45,388 nt of DNA from a virus (Duplodnaviria > Caudoviricetes): IMG/VR virus record IMGVR_UViG_3300005713_000002, positions 1 through 45,388 of that record; one strand, written 5' to 3'. Every line of letters begins with the position of its first letter. Positions within the stretch are counted from its first letter, which is position 1. A program made the position numbers and the translations under genes. The notes under the pieces were generated by a model. That model did no database searches and had not been told where the DNA came from. It saw nothing but the letters and a program-made list of their open reading frames with translations. Below, piece by piece: positions 35,987 through 44,515 of this stretch.

Positions 35987-36199
35987 ATGGAACTCAAGAA
36001 ATACCGGAGAATTGCTGGATTGACGCAACAAGCGTTAGCGACCAAGGCCGGCGTCGATGCCACGCTCATCTCGCGGTTGGAGCGCGGCGAGCGCCAGCGC
36101 GCCAGCTACGAAACGATCGTGCGGCTCGCCCGCGCCCTCAACCTGGCCCCGGAAGAACTGGTCGCGGTGCCCGGCGATCCGCCGCGCGAGGTCGCCTGA
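35987..36199 (+). CDS. Cro-like XRE HTH regulator
   Basis: LKKYRRIAGLTQQALATKAGVDATLISRLERG...RLARAL. Confidence 0.88.
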   Translation: MELKKYRRIAGLTQQALATKAGVDATLISRLERGERQRASYETIVRLARALNLAPEELVAVPGDPPREVA

Positions 36200-36534
36200 T
36201 GAAACCGCGTCCCGTCCTGCTGCCCGTGGCGCGTGTCGCCCGTCCCCGCTGGACGCCGCCCCCGGCGCGGCCCGCGGCGCCCGCGATCGATCCCGCCGAG
36301 CGGGAGCGCCGCGCCCGGTGGCTGACGATGGCGGAGTGCGGCGACTACCTTCGCTACACCGACAGTCCCGACCCCGCGAATGCGGCCTGGTGCTGGCTCA
36401 AGCGCCACGACGTGCCGCATGTCAAGCGCGGCACCAGTGTGCTGGTCCGCGTGGGCGCGGTGGACGATGCCCTCGAGGCGCAGCGCAAGGACGTCGCGGG
36501 CCGCGCGCAGGCGCTGCTGCGGGGGCGGCGCTGA
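36199..36534 (+). CDS. Excisionase-like HTH protein
   Basis: RWLTMAECGDYL...VPHVKRGTSVLVRVGAVD; TGATG overlap. Confidence 0.6.
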   Translation: MKPRPVLLPVARVARPRWTPPPARPAAPAIDPAERERRARWLTMAECGDYLRYTDSPDPANAAWCWLKRHDVPHVKRGTSVLVRVGAVDDALEAQRKDVAGRAQALLRGRR

Positions 36535-36536
36535 CG

Positions 36537-36956
36537 ATGGCCAACCGTGACCTGCCGCCCGGCGCGCTCGCCAAGCCCGCCAGGGGCACGACGCAGCAGG
36601 CCGCCCTGGCGCGGAGCGATGCCCGCCTCGCGCATGAACGCCGGCAGAAGGCGATCGTGCGGCGCCGGGACCCGCGCTGCCGCCGGCCGGGCTGCCCGCA
36701 CTGCGCCCAGCATCATGGGCGGCTGCGGCTCGATTGCGCGCATCTGTCGGCGAAGGGCCTGGGCGGGGATCCGCAGGGCCGCGTGACGACGGCGGCGCAG
36801 ATGATCCGGCTCGACCTGATCTCGCACGGTGAGCAGGAGCGCGGGCTGCTCATCATCGTGCCGCTCGATCCGCGGCGCGGCACGGCCGGGCCGTGCGAGT
36901 TCTATTGGAGCCCCAACGGATCGACCGGGGATGGGCACCTGGAAGGGATTGGGTGA
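36537..36956 (+). CDS. HNH-like/Zn-binding hypothetical protein
   Basis: VRRRDPRCRRPGC...LDCAHL...GLGG; degenerate HNH pattern. Confidence 0.5.
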   Translation: MANRDLPPGALAKPARGTTQQAALARSDARLAHERRQKAIVRRRDPRCRRPGCPHCAQHHGRLRLDCAHLSAKGLGGDPQGRVTTAAQMIRLDLISHGEQERGLLIIVPLDPRRGTAGPCEFYWSPNGSTGDGHLEGIG

Positions 36957-36960
36957 GGAG

Positions 36961-37074
36961 ATGAGTCGGCCTGAGGTGCGCTGTCCGTACTGCCAGCGAT
37001 GGACCTGGAACACCGCTTGGTGCATCCATTGTTTCGCGTTCATCACCAGGCGGCGCTACCGGAGCGAACGGTAA
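36961..37074 (+). CDS. 37-aa Zn-ribbon peptide
   Basis: GAGGAG RBS; CPYC...CIHC. Confidence 0.55.
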   Translation: MSRPEVRCPYCQRWTWNTAWCIHCFAFITRRRYRSER

Positions 37075-37319
37075 TGGGCGGGCAGTATGACGAGTGGCTC
37101 AGTCGCGAGCCGGACCCCGGCCGGGACCGGCTCCGGCTAAAGCCGGAAACGCTCTGGCACTGCCACGACTGCGGCGAGGACATCCTGCGCGGGGCGGTCA
37201 GCGTGATGACCGACGACGGCGCCTCGCGGATCTACTGCCGGTCATGCGGCGAGAGTCGTCGCGCGCAGGGCTGGCTGTTCGACAGCCGGTCGCTGGCCGT
37301 CCTGCGGCAGACGGCTTGA
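37074..37319 (+). CDS. Small Zn-finger protein
   Basis: TAATG overlap; CHDC...CRSC. Confidence 0.65.
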   Translation: MGGQYDEWLSREPDPGRDRLRLKPETLWHCHDCGEDILRGAVSVMTDDGASRIYCRSCGESRRAQGWLFDSRSLAVLRQTA

Positions 37320-37344
37320 CTATGCCCTAGCGCTAGGGCATACT
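37316..37344 (+). promoter_or_regulatory. Sigma70-type promoter with a perfect 22-bp palindromic operator
   Basis: TTGACT-17 bp-CATACT; TATGCCCTAGCGCTAGGGCATA at 37321-37342. Confidence 0.85.
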
Positions 37345-37367
37345 GGAGGCATCATCAAGGAGACCCC

Positions 37368-38318
37368 ATGCAGATCATCCGTGCCACCGAGTCCATCGTC
37401 GTCGAGCATCCCGTGACCCTGATTTTCGGCCAGCCCGGCATCGGCAAATCGACGCTGGGGTATTCCGCGCACGCCCCGCTGCTGCTGGATGTGGACCAGG
37501 GCGCGCACCGGGCGGCCAATCGCGGCGACACCCTGAAGGTGACGACCTGGGCGGAGATCGCCGAGCTCGCCGAGCAGCGCGCGGCGCTCGCGCCCTACCA
37601 CACGGTGGTGGTCGATACCGTCGGGCGCCTGCTCGACCTGCTGGCGGCCGACATCATCGAGGCCAACCCGAAATACGCCCGCGACGGCGCGCTGACCCTG
37701 CAGGGCTTCGGGGTCTTGAAGACGCGCTTCCGGCTCTGGCTGACGCAGCTCCGGACCTGGGGCACCGACGTCGTGCTGCTCGCGCATCACCGCGAAGAGA
37801 AGGACGGCGACCTCACGGTCATGCGGCCCGACATCATCGGGGCGAGCTACGGCGAGGTGCTGAAGAGCGCGGACTTCGTCGGCTACTACGCGATGGTCGG
37901 CAAGCAGCGCGTCCTGGATTTCTCCCCGACCGACCGCTGGGTGGGCAAGAACCCGGCGCAGTGGAAGCCGGTCGTGGTGCCGGCGCTCGACAAGGCGACG
38001 ACCGTGCTGGCGGGCCTGCTCGACCAGGGGCGCGCGGCGCTCGGGCAAATCAGCCAGGCCAGCGCGAAACAGGCCGAGGCGGTGGAGGCGTGGCGCCGGG
38101 CCATCGCCGGCTACACCACCGCAGAGGACTTCACGCGCGGGCGGACGGAACTGGAAGCCGCGCCCGAGATCGTCAAGGCGCAACTGCGCACCGGGTTCAA
38201 GGCGGCGGCTGACAAGCTCGGACTGACCTTCGACAAGGTGGCCAAGCAGTATGTCGCGCCCGTGCCGAAGGTGAACGCGGCGCCGGCCCCGGTCACGGCC
38301 GAGGAGATCGTCTGGTGA
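37368..38318 (+). CDS. AAA_24/Sak4-like ATPase (single-strand annealing recombinase)
   Basis: LIFGQPGIGKST, LLLDVDQG, VVVDT, VVLLAH and ADFVGY; AAGGAG RBS. Confidence 0.88.
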   Translation: MQIIRATESIVVEHPVTLIFGQPGIGKSTLGYSAHAPLLLDVDQGAHRAANRGDTLKVTTWAEIAELAEQRAALAPYHTVVVDTVGRLLDLLAADIIEANPKYARDGALTLQGFGVLKTRFRLWLTQLRTWGTDVVLLAHHREEKDGDLTVMRPDIIGASYGEVLKSADFVGYYAMVGKQRVLDFSPTDRWVGKNPAQWKPVVVPALDKATTVLAGLLDQGRAALGQISQASAKQAEAVEAWRRAIAGYTTAEDFTRGRTELEAAPEIVKAQLRTGFKAAADKLGLTFDKVAKQYVAPVPKVNAAPAPVTAEEIVW

Positions 38319-38956
38319 CGCCGCTCCGCATCTCCGCGACGACGCTCGAGGCGTACCGGCTCTACGTCGAACAGGACTGGATGGAGGAAGCCGCGCTTAT
38401 CCAGACCATCAAGCGGGAGGTGGTGCCGACCGAGGCCATGCGGCTCGGCACCGCCTTCCACAGCGTCCTGGAGGCGCCGGAGCAGTTCCGCGTCCCGTTC
38501 GGGTATTTGTGCGACGGCCTGCACTTCCCCGACGCCACGATGCGCGAGCCGCTCTCGCTCATCGACCCGCGCGGCACGTTTGAAGTCAAGAGCATGACGC
38601 TCATAGACGGCCACACGATCGTCGCGCGGGCCGATCAGATCGTCGGGAGTCATATCTACGAACACAAGACGACCACCGGCAGCTACGACGCGGACAAGTA
38701 TCTCGACAGCTGTCAGTGGCGGGTCGAGGCGGCCCTCTTCCAGCCGGGGGCGATTACCTACCGCACGTTCCTGCTGGAGGAGCCGAAGGACCAGATTGTG
38801 GGGCTGCGGGGGATCGAACAACTGACGGTGTATCCCTATCCCGCGCTCCTGTCGGACGTGCGGGACCTGGTGCGGCGGTTTGTCGCGTATGTGACGCAGC
38901 GGGGGTTGACGAGTTACTTGGAGCGCGAGGGATCGGACGTGGACCTAGCAGCCTGA
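38315..38956 (+). CDS. PD-(D/E)XK exonuclease-like protein
   Basis: RISATTLE, GTAFH, RAD...IYEHKTT and SCQWRV; coupled to the Sak4-like gene. Confidence 0.8.
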   Translation: MTPLRISATTLEAYRLYVEQDWMEEAALIQTIKREVVPTEAMRLGTAFHSVLEAPEQFRVPFGYLCDGLHFPDATMREPLSLIDPRGTFEVKSMTLIDGHTIVARADQIVGSHIYEHKTTTGSYDADKYLDSCQWRVEAALFQPGAITYRTFLLEEPKDQIVGLRGIEQLTVYPYPALLSDVRDLVRRFVAYVTQRGLTSYLEREGSDVDLAA

Positions 38957-38963
38957 CGAACTT

Positions 38964-39917
38964 GTGAGACGTAAGATGTCCGTCATGCTTCAGACGACAC
39001 CGCGCTTTTTTGCCGTGCTCGGCAACCGGGATCACATCAAGGTGGACGGAGCGCGACGTCCCTTTCACGAGTTTCTCGATCGCCAACCGGATGGGTGGTT
39101 GTCCTCGTTGGTGTATGTCGGCGCCACCGTCTTTCCTGCAGATGACCGGCCCCGCATGTTGGATTGCGGGGCCTGGTCCTACAAACACGAACCGATTCCG
39201 GTCTGGAAACGCCAACCGTTACACAGCGAGCTGGCGGTCCAGGCGTATGCCCCGTATCTCCGCCTCGGGGACTTTGCGATTGCGCCGGACCACATGCTGA
39301 TTGATGGCGTCGATGCCGAGGAACGGCAAGCCTACAACCTGCTCGCGGCAGAGACGTTTCTGCGGGCCGCGCCACCGACCTGCCGTCCGATGGCCGTGGT
39401 CCACGGGCGGGATGTGCCCGAACGCATCGTCATGGCCCGCCAGTTTGTGGATCTCGGGTATCAGGCGCTCGCCATTGGCGGCATCGCGGCGCGGGCGGCC
39501 CAACCGAAGGTGATTCGGGACATCGTGCAGAGCCTGCGTCAGGCGGTGCCGATGGTCTGGTTGCATGTGCTCGGGTTGTCCTCGCCGAAATATGCCGCCT
39601 GGTGGCAGGCCGTGGGCATCCAATCCTTTGACGGGTCCAGTCATTTCAAACAGGCGTTTACCGCAGGGACCTTCTACGTCCATGCCGGCGCGGGGCGTCT
39701 GGTCAAACATCAGGCCGGGCGACCAGGGACGGACGTGAGTCATCTGCCCGTGTGCCTGTGTGCGGCGTGTGATCAGCTGCGCGGCCTGGGGATTGACACC
39801 CGGCTCTATGGCAGCAATGAACACAACATGGGCCGCGCGGCCCATAACCTGAACCAACTGATGGCGGCGCACGAGGCCGTGTGGGCGGGAGCTCCCGACG
39901 TATGGTCGTTGTCGTGA
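38964..39917 (+). CDS. tRNA-guanine transglycosylase-fold protein (TGT/DpdA-like)
   Basis: MLDCGAWSY, IAPDH, AVVHG, LAIGG, LHVLG, SFDGSS and Zn site CLCAAC...HNL. Start may be ATG 38976. Confidence 0.8.
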   Translation: MRRKMSVMLQTTPRFFAVLGNRDHIKVDGARRPFHEFLDRQPDGWLSSLVYVGATVFPADDRPRMLDCGAWSYKHEPIPVWKRQPLHSELAVQAYAPYLRLGDFAIAPDHMLIDGVDAEERQAYNLLAAETFLRAAPPTCRPMAVVHGRDVPERIVMARQFVDLGYQALAIGGIAARAAQPKVIRDIVQSLRQAVPMVWLHVLGLSSPKYAAWWQAVGIQSFDGSSHFKQAFTAGTFYVHAGAGRLVKHQAGRPGTDVSHLPVCLCAACDQLRGLGIDTRLYGSNEHNMGRAAHNLNQLMAAHEAVWAGAPDVWSLS

Positions 39918-40360
39918 GTGCGCGGGACCGCTGGGACTTGATCCTGTTGGCGTGCGGTGCCAAGAAGCAGACGTGTCCGGTCCCGGCCGGGGAGTTGTAT
40001 ACGGGTGCCTATTTTCAAGCCTGCCGCCAAGTCGCGCTCAATCTCCCGCATGACCAGATGCGGATCGTGTCGGCGCGACATGGCTTATTACGGTTGCAAG
40101 AGATGGTGGCCCCCTACGACCAACGCTTGGGACAACCAGGGGCGGTGACGAGCGCGGACCTCTATCAGCAGGCGGTGGCGCAGCAATTACTGGGCGCGCG
40201 GACGGTGTTGGTGTTGGGAGGGCAGGCGTATGTGGCCATCGTGCGATCCGTGTGGCCGCGGGTGGAGCATCCGCTCCACGGGGGGATCGGCCAGCAACTC
40301 GCCCAACTGCGCGCCTGGCGGGGACGCGGCGTGGCCCCCACGGATTTCGAGTGGCAATGA
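39914..40360 (+). CDS. DUF6884-like protein
   Basis: ILLACGAKK...PAGELYTGAYF...IVSARHGLL...PYDQRL...LGGQAY...GGIGQQL; GTGA overlap with the TGT-like gene. Confidence 0.75.
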   Translation: MSARDRWDLILLACGAKKQTCPVPAGELYTGAYFQACRQVALNLPHDQMRIVSARHGLLRLQEMVAPYDQRLGQPGAVTSADLYQQAVAQQLLGARTVLVLGGQAYVAIVRSVWPRVEHPLHGGIGQQLAQLRAWRGRGVAPTDFEWQ

Positions 40361-40533
40361 GTGACCCACGCGCGGCCTACTACCGGCAACGGTGGCAGCG
40401 GCGGCGGGCGCGCGGGCTCTGCCGCTATTGTCATCGACCGTCGGGGCGGTTTACCCGGTGTCTGCGGCATCGGCTCTGGTTTGCCGCCTACAAAACCGCG
40501 CAGCGGGCCAAGGCGCGCGCGGTGAACACCTGA
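40357..40533 (+). CDS. Small basic Zn-finger protein
   Basis: RRARGLCRYC...RCLRH; ATGA overlap. Confidence 0.65.
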   Translation: MSDPRAAYYRQRWQRRRARGLCRYCHRPSGRFTRCLRHRLWFAAYKTAQRAKARAVNT

Positions 40534-40543
40534 GAGGGCGGGC

Positions 40544-40804
40544 ATGGTGAAAGTGACCTTCGACTTCCGCACACCGACCTGGACGCGCTATGGCAACACG
40601 GTCCTGGTCGAGACGCGCGACGACGTGACGCTCCAGCATCCCGCCATTCGGGCGGTGAGTGGACCGGAGGCCGTCATCGAGATCACCGAGATCCGCGACG
40701 TGACCGCGGAGGAAGAGGCGCGCGACCGCACGTACACACAGCGGCTCGCGACCTACATCGAACGTGCGGCGGATGGTCGCGGCGCAGGCCGAGGATGGCT
40801 GTGA
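40544..40804 (+). CDS. Hypothetical protein
   Basis: GAGG RBS; in the operon. Confidence 0.6.
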   Translation: MVKVTFDFRTPTWTRYGNTVLVETRDDVTLQHPAIRAVSGPEAVIEITEIRDVTAEEEARDRTYTQRLATYIERAADGRGAGRGWL

Positions 40805-40843
40805 CTGTGGCGATGAGGATGCGCCACGGCGCGAGCGCGTGAC

Positions 40844-41179
40844 GTGGTCACGGTGCGCGAGCGCGTGCGGGACATCCAGACCGAGGTGCGGGACTCGGTC
40901 ATCGGCCCCGAGCGCGCCCGCGTGCTGCTGTCGATGCTGGCGGGCCTCCTCGGGCACTGTTTCGAGGCGGTGCGGCTCGCCGATGCCGACTACGCGGCGG
41001 TGCTGCTGGGGTTCCTGGAATCGGGCGAACGGGTGCATCTCTCGCGCATGCGCGCGGAGCTGACGCCGGCATACCAGCGCAAGCGTGAGGCGAAAGACAC
41101 GCGGGACCTGGTCGTGGAGTTGATGCGGTCGTTGAAGTATCTGCTGCGCGCGATGGAGAGCGATCCCGCGCGCGGCTGA
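40844..41179 (+). CDS. Hypothetical helical protein
   Basis: In-operon ORF with G/C-ending codons. Confidence 0.6.
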   Translation: MVTVRERVRDIQTEVRDSVIGPERARVLLSMLAGLLGHCFEAVRLADADYAAVLLGFLESGERVHLSRMRAELTPAYQRKREAKDTRDLVVELMRSLKYLLRAMESDPARG

Positions 41180-41197
41180 GGCGGCGGAGGGCACGAC

Positions 41198-42046
41198 ATG
41201 GCGGGACGGTCGCTGACCGCGCTGTGGTGGTGGATCGACCGGTGGCGCAAGAGCACGGCGTATACCGATATGAGCCTGACGGAACAGGGCGCCTACCGGA
41301 ACCTGCTGGATGAGGGCTGGCTGCGCGGGGGGCCGCTCCCGGCCGACGAGGAGGTGCTCGCCAAGGCATGCGGGGACCCGCGCGTCTGGCCCCAGGTGCG
41401 CAGCAAGATTCTCCCGCACTTCTACACGAGCCCGGAAGGCTGGCGGAACGCGACCCTCGAGGCGGTGCTGGCCGAATCGCAGCGGCGGGCCAGGAAGCAA
41501 CGGCACTACTACCACGGCCACCGCGGTCACAAGTCCGGTAACAACCACGGTAACAAGCCCGGTAACACTTCAGGTAACAACGTCGGTAACAACCCAGGTA
41601 ACAAGTCGCAGTCTCCGGATCCGTCTCCGGATCCGTCTCCGTCTCTGGATCCGGAACCGGCTGTACAAGTGCTGCAACGTGCTGGAGCTGTACCTGTAGT
41701 GGGTGCCGAGCCGAACCTCGGCTCGCCACCGGCGTCACCAGCGGTCCTCGACTTCGCCACCGTGGGTCCCGAGACGCGCTGGGCACTGACCGACGCGCAT
41801 CTGGCGAGTTGGCGCGAGGCGTATCCGTCCCTCGACGTGGCGAGTGAATGCCGGCGCGCCAAGGCGTGGCTCGAGGCGCAGCCCGACCGGCGCAAGACGG
41901 CCCGCGGCATGCCGCGCTTCCTCGTGAGCTGGCTCAACCGCGCCATCGATCGGCGCGGCGCCCCGCTCCACGCCGGCCCACCGGCCCCCACCGTGGGCGC
42001 CATCAACGCCGCCTACGTCGCGCGGCGGCGGGGGCAGCAGTCATGA
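41198..42046 (+). CDS. Replication initiator (YdaU/DUF1376-like N-terminus, lambda O-type layout)
   Basis: MSLTEQGAYRNLLD..W N-domain, internal iteron-encoded linker and C-domain AYPSLDV...RKT.RGMPRFLVSWL. Confidence 0.8.
   Translation: MAGRSLTALWWWIDRWRKSTAYTDMSLTEQGAYRNLLDEGWLRGGPLPADEEVLAKACGDPRVWPQVRSKILPHFYTSPEGWRNATLEAVLAESQRRARKQRHYYHGHRGHKSGNNHGNKPGNTSGNNVGNNPGNKSQSPDPSPDPSPSLDPEPAVQVLQRAGAVPVVGAEPNLGSPPASPAVLDFATVGPETRWALTDAHLASWREAYPSLDVASECRRAKAWLEAQPDRRKTARGMPRFLVSWLNRAIDRRGAPLHAGPPAPTVGAINAAYVARRRGQQS
41524..41653 (+). repeat. Iteron array, probable replication origin
   Basis: Seven 12-bp units with core GGT(A/C)ACA at 41524-41607, then tctccggatccg repeats at 41612-41653. Confidence 0.8.
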
Positions 42047-42486
42047 CCCCGACCCTGCTCGAGCACGCCATCCCCGACCTGACGGCGGCGATCGCGTATC
42101 TCTTCACCGCCTACCGCAAGCCGCTCGATGATGCGACCGGCCTGGTCTACGAACACCAGCTCGCCGCCCTCCCGCTGCGCCTGGTGCGCGAGGCGGTGGT
42201 GCAGGCGCCCGACGCCCGGCCGTTCCTGCCGACCGTCGCCGAGCTCAAGGCGGACTGCGAAGCGTTGCGACTCCACGCACTCGCGGCGCTCGTCTGGCAC
42301 CCGTGTGCGGGGTGCCGGGACCATCAACCGGGCTGGGCCACGGTCGTGGATGCGGCCGGGGTCGAGCGGCTGACGCGCTGCCGCTGCTGGACCCGTCACC
42401 AGCAGGCGGTCGTCAACACCGGCCTGCCGCTGGCGCCGCTGGTTGCGCTGCCGGCGGGACGCGAGCCGGAGGAGGCGACGCCGTGA
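42043..42486 (+). CDS. Putative helicase loader/replication accessory protein
   Basis: Follows the initiator with an ATGA overlap; PFLPTVAELK motif and C-terminal CAGC...RCRC. Confidence 0.55.
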   Translation: MTPTLLEHAIPDLTAAIAYLFTAYRKPLDDATGLVYEHQLAALPLRLVREAVVQAPDARPFLPTVAELKADCEALRLHALAALVWHPCAGCRDHQPGWATVVDAAGVERLTRCRCWTRHQQAVVNTGLPLAPLVALPAGREPEEATP

Positions 42487-42695
42487 CCGGGAAACGGCTC
42501 TGCGCACAGCTGCTGGAGGTGGACGGCAGCCACCTGCTGCGCTGCGTGGCCGAGGCACTCGAGTCCTCGCCGTATTGCGCGGTGCATGCGAAGCAGCACG
42601 ACGCCCGCGTCTGCGCGCAGCCGGAGGACCGGCGGGACAAGCCCGACGGGTTCCCCTGGACCGACGAGGTGGACGATGACGCCGTTTCACATTGA
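42483..42695 (+). CDS. Small Cys/His protein
   Basis: GTGA overlap, GGAGG RBS; C...RC...SPYCAVH. Confidence 0.6.
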   Translation: MTGKRLCAQLLEVDGSHLLRCVAEALESSPYCAVHAKQHDARVCAQPEDRRDKPDGFPWTDEVDDDAVSH

Positions 42696-43410
42696 CGGCC
42701 CGGCGCTCGTGAGCTTCAGCGGGGGCCGGACCTCCGGTTACATGCTGCGCCGGATCCTGGACGAGGGCCTGCAGCCGGACGTGCATGTCGTCTTTGCGGA
42801 TACGGGGAAGGAACGCGCGGAAACCTATGCGTTTGTCGAGGCGTGTGCGCAGCAGTGGCAGGTCATCATCCACCACGTCGAACGGCCCGGCGGGTTTACG
42901 CAACTCATTACGGATCGATCCTGCCTGCCCAACCCGGTGCAGCGGTTCTGCACGCAAGAGTTGAAGATTCGTCCGATGCGCGACTGGATGCGTGCACGCG
43001 GGTATGACCACTGGACCAGCATCGTGGGGATCCGCGCCGATGAGCCGCGCCGTGTGGCCCGCCTGCGCGAAGCGACCGAGAGTCGGCACGAGCGATGGGA
43101 CATCGCGCTCCCGCTGGCCGACGCCGGCATCACGGAAGCGGACGTCATGGCGTTCTGGGCAGCGCAGTCCTTCGATTTACACCTGCGCCAGTCTGAAGGG
43201 AATTGCGATCTGTGTTTTCTGAAAGGGTCGCGGAAGCGTCAACAGATTATGCGCGACCGACCGGATCTCGCCGTCTGGTGGATTGAACAGGAACGTCGGA
43301 TGGGGGACGTCTTTCGTCGCGGGTCACCAAGCTATGCGGCGCTGGCGAGCCAAGGGGATTTGTTCACGGCGCGCGACGAGAGCCTGACCGAGTGTTATTG
43401 CCATGACTAA
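42676..43410 (+). CDS. PAPS reductase-family (PP-loop) protein
   Basis: VSFSGGRTSG, FADTGKE, RFCTQELK, GIRADE and NCDLCFLK. Confidence 0.88.
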   Translation: MTPFHIDGPALVSFSGGRTSGYMLRRILDEGLQPDVHVVFADTGKERAETYAFVEACAQQWQVIIHHVERPGGFTQLITDRSCLPNPVQRFCTQELKIRPMRDWMRARGYDHWTSIVGIRADEPRRVARLREATESRHERWDIALPLADAGITEADVMAFWAAQSFDLHLRQSEGNCDLCFLKGSRKRQQIMRDRPDLAVWWIEQERRMGDVFRRGSPSYAALASQGDLFTARDESLTECYCHD

Positions 43411-43744
43411 CCGAGCGGCGACCCGCACCGGCCTCGCCTTTCCGCTGCTTTGCCGGGTGCAGGACCTGCCGGAGCCGGTCGCCGAATATGCCTTCCACCC
43501 GGAACGAAAATGGAGGTTTGATTTTTGCTGGGTCGAGGCCCGCGTCGCGCTCGAATGCAATGGCGGCGTGTGGACGGCTGGTCGCCATGTTCGTGCCCGC
43601 GGCTATCTGGGCGACCTCGCCAAACTGAATGAGGCGCAACTGTGCGGCTGGTTGGTGCTCCAAGTGGTGCCCGAGGCGCTCACCAGCGCAGTGACCTTCG
43701 ACCTCGTGCGGCGGGCGCTGGCGCGGCGGGTGGCGACGGCATGA
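43403..43744 (+). CDS. Vsr/DUF559-like endonuclease
   Basis: EYAFHPERKWRFDFCW...ALECNGGVW...RH...D..K.NEAQ..GWLVL. Confidence 0.8.
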   Translation: MTNRAATRTGLAFPLLCRVQDLPEPVAEYAFHPERKWRFDFCWVEARVALECNGGVWTAGRHVRARGYLGDLAKLNEAQLCGWLVLQVVPEALTSAVTFDLVRRALARRVATA

Positions 43745-43926
43745 CCAGCGTCCAGGTGCGGGCCTTCCTCGCCTGCCCGGTGCGCCGGGGGTGGCGCCGG
43801 GGGTGGCGCTGGCCGTGGCTCCCCTGGTGGCGGCGCCGCCATCCGTGGCGCCGGCCGGCGCTCACGGTCTCTTCTGCGTGGCTCGATGCCCACTTCCGCG
43901 CGACCGATGCGGGGCGGGAGTCGTGA
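43741..43926 (+). CDS. 61-aa Arg/Trp/Pro-rich peptide
   Basis: ATGA overlap upstream and GTGA overlap downstream; RRGWRRGWRWPWLPWWRRRHPWRR. Confidence 0.55.
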   Translation: MTSVQVRAFLACPVRRGWRRGWRWPWLPWWRRRHPWRRPALTVSSAWLDAHFRATDAGRES

Positions 43927-44195
43927 CCGTGCGCGATGCCCCGCTCCCGCGTCCGCCCCTGCCGCCGGCCGTGGTGCGCGTGCGCGAGGCGGCGGTGCGG
44001 CTCGGCGTGTCCCCGGCGGTGGTGCGCCGCTGGATCCAGACCGGCGTACTGGCCGGCGTCCGGATCCCGGCCGGGCACTACCGGGTGCGGGTCAGTAGTC
44101 TGCAGATGTTGGAACCGCAACCATCGGCCGGCGCGGTAGATCCCCCTGCGGGCATCCGCACCGACCGCCCACGCGCGCAGGATCGGCCGTCGTGA
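43923..44195 (+). CDS. MerR/excisionase-type HTH DNA-binding protein
   Basis: VREAAVRLGVSPAVVRRWIQTGVLAGVRIPAGHYRV. Confidence 0.8.
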   Translation: MTVRDAPLPRPPLPPAVVRVREAAVRLGVSPAVVRRWIQTGVLAGVRIPAGHYRVRVSSLQMLEPQPSAGAVDPPAGIRTDRPRAQDRPS

Positions 44196-44290
44196 CGGAC
44201 GGGCGCTGGTGGCTGGCGGCCGCGATCACGTGGTGGGTGCTGGTCTGGTGTGTCTGGCACGTCAGCCGCTACAGCGCGGCGTGGCCGTGA
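44192..44290 (+). CDS. 32-aa Trp-rich single-TM peptide (not in the ORF track)
   Basis: GTGA overlap; MTDGRWWLAAAITWWVLVWCVWHVSRYSAAWP exactly fills the gap. Confidence 0.45.
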   Translation: MTDGRWWLAAAITWWVLVWCVWHVSRYSAAWP

Positions 44291-44302
44291 GGGAGCAGGG
44301 CG

Positions 44303-44506
44303 TTGGACAACCATCTCGATCCACTCCGTATACGTGCGGAAGCGTTGTGGGAAGAATTAGGCGGCGATCTATGCATCTGCCAACGTCCGGACGTGCCTCA
44401 CTGGTGCGAGAAGTGTCAAGGTCGGATCGAGCTAATCATGGCGGCATTCACGCGCGTGGACAGACAGCCTGACGACGACGGTCGCCCTACCGCAGCCACG
44501 GACTGA
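44303..44506 (+). CDS. Small Cys-containing hypothetical protein
   Basis: GGAG RBS before TTG; CIC...CEKC. Confidence 0.55.
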   Translation: MDNHLDPLRIRAEALWEELGGDLCICQRPDVPHWCEKCQGRIELIMAAFTRVDRQPDDDGRPTAATD

Positions 44507-44515
44507 GGTGACCAG

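Noticed and set aside
38315-38956. Cas4/CRISPR adaptation gene
   Set aside because: PD-(D/E)XK nuclease paired with a Sak4-like ATPase is a standard phage recombination module; no Fe-S cysteine cluster and no CRISPR array.
41524-41607. Mini-CRISPR or guide array
   Set aside because: 12-bp in-frame tandem units inside the initiator gene with no spacers; explained as iterons.
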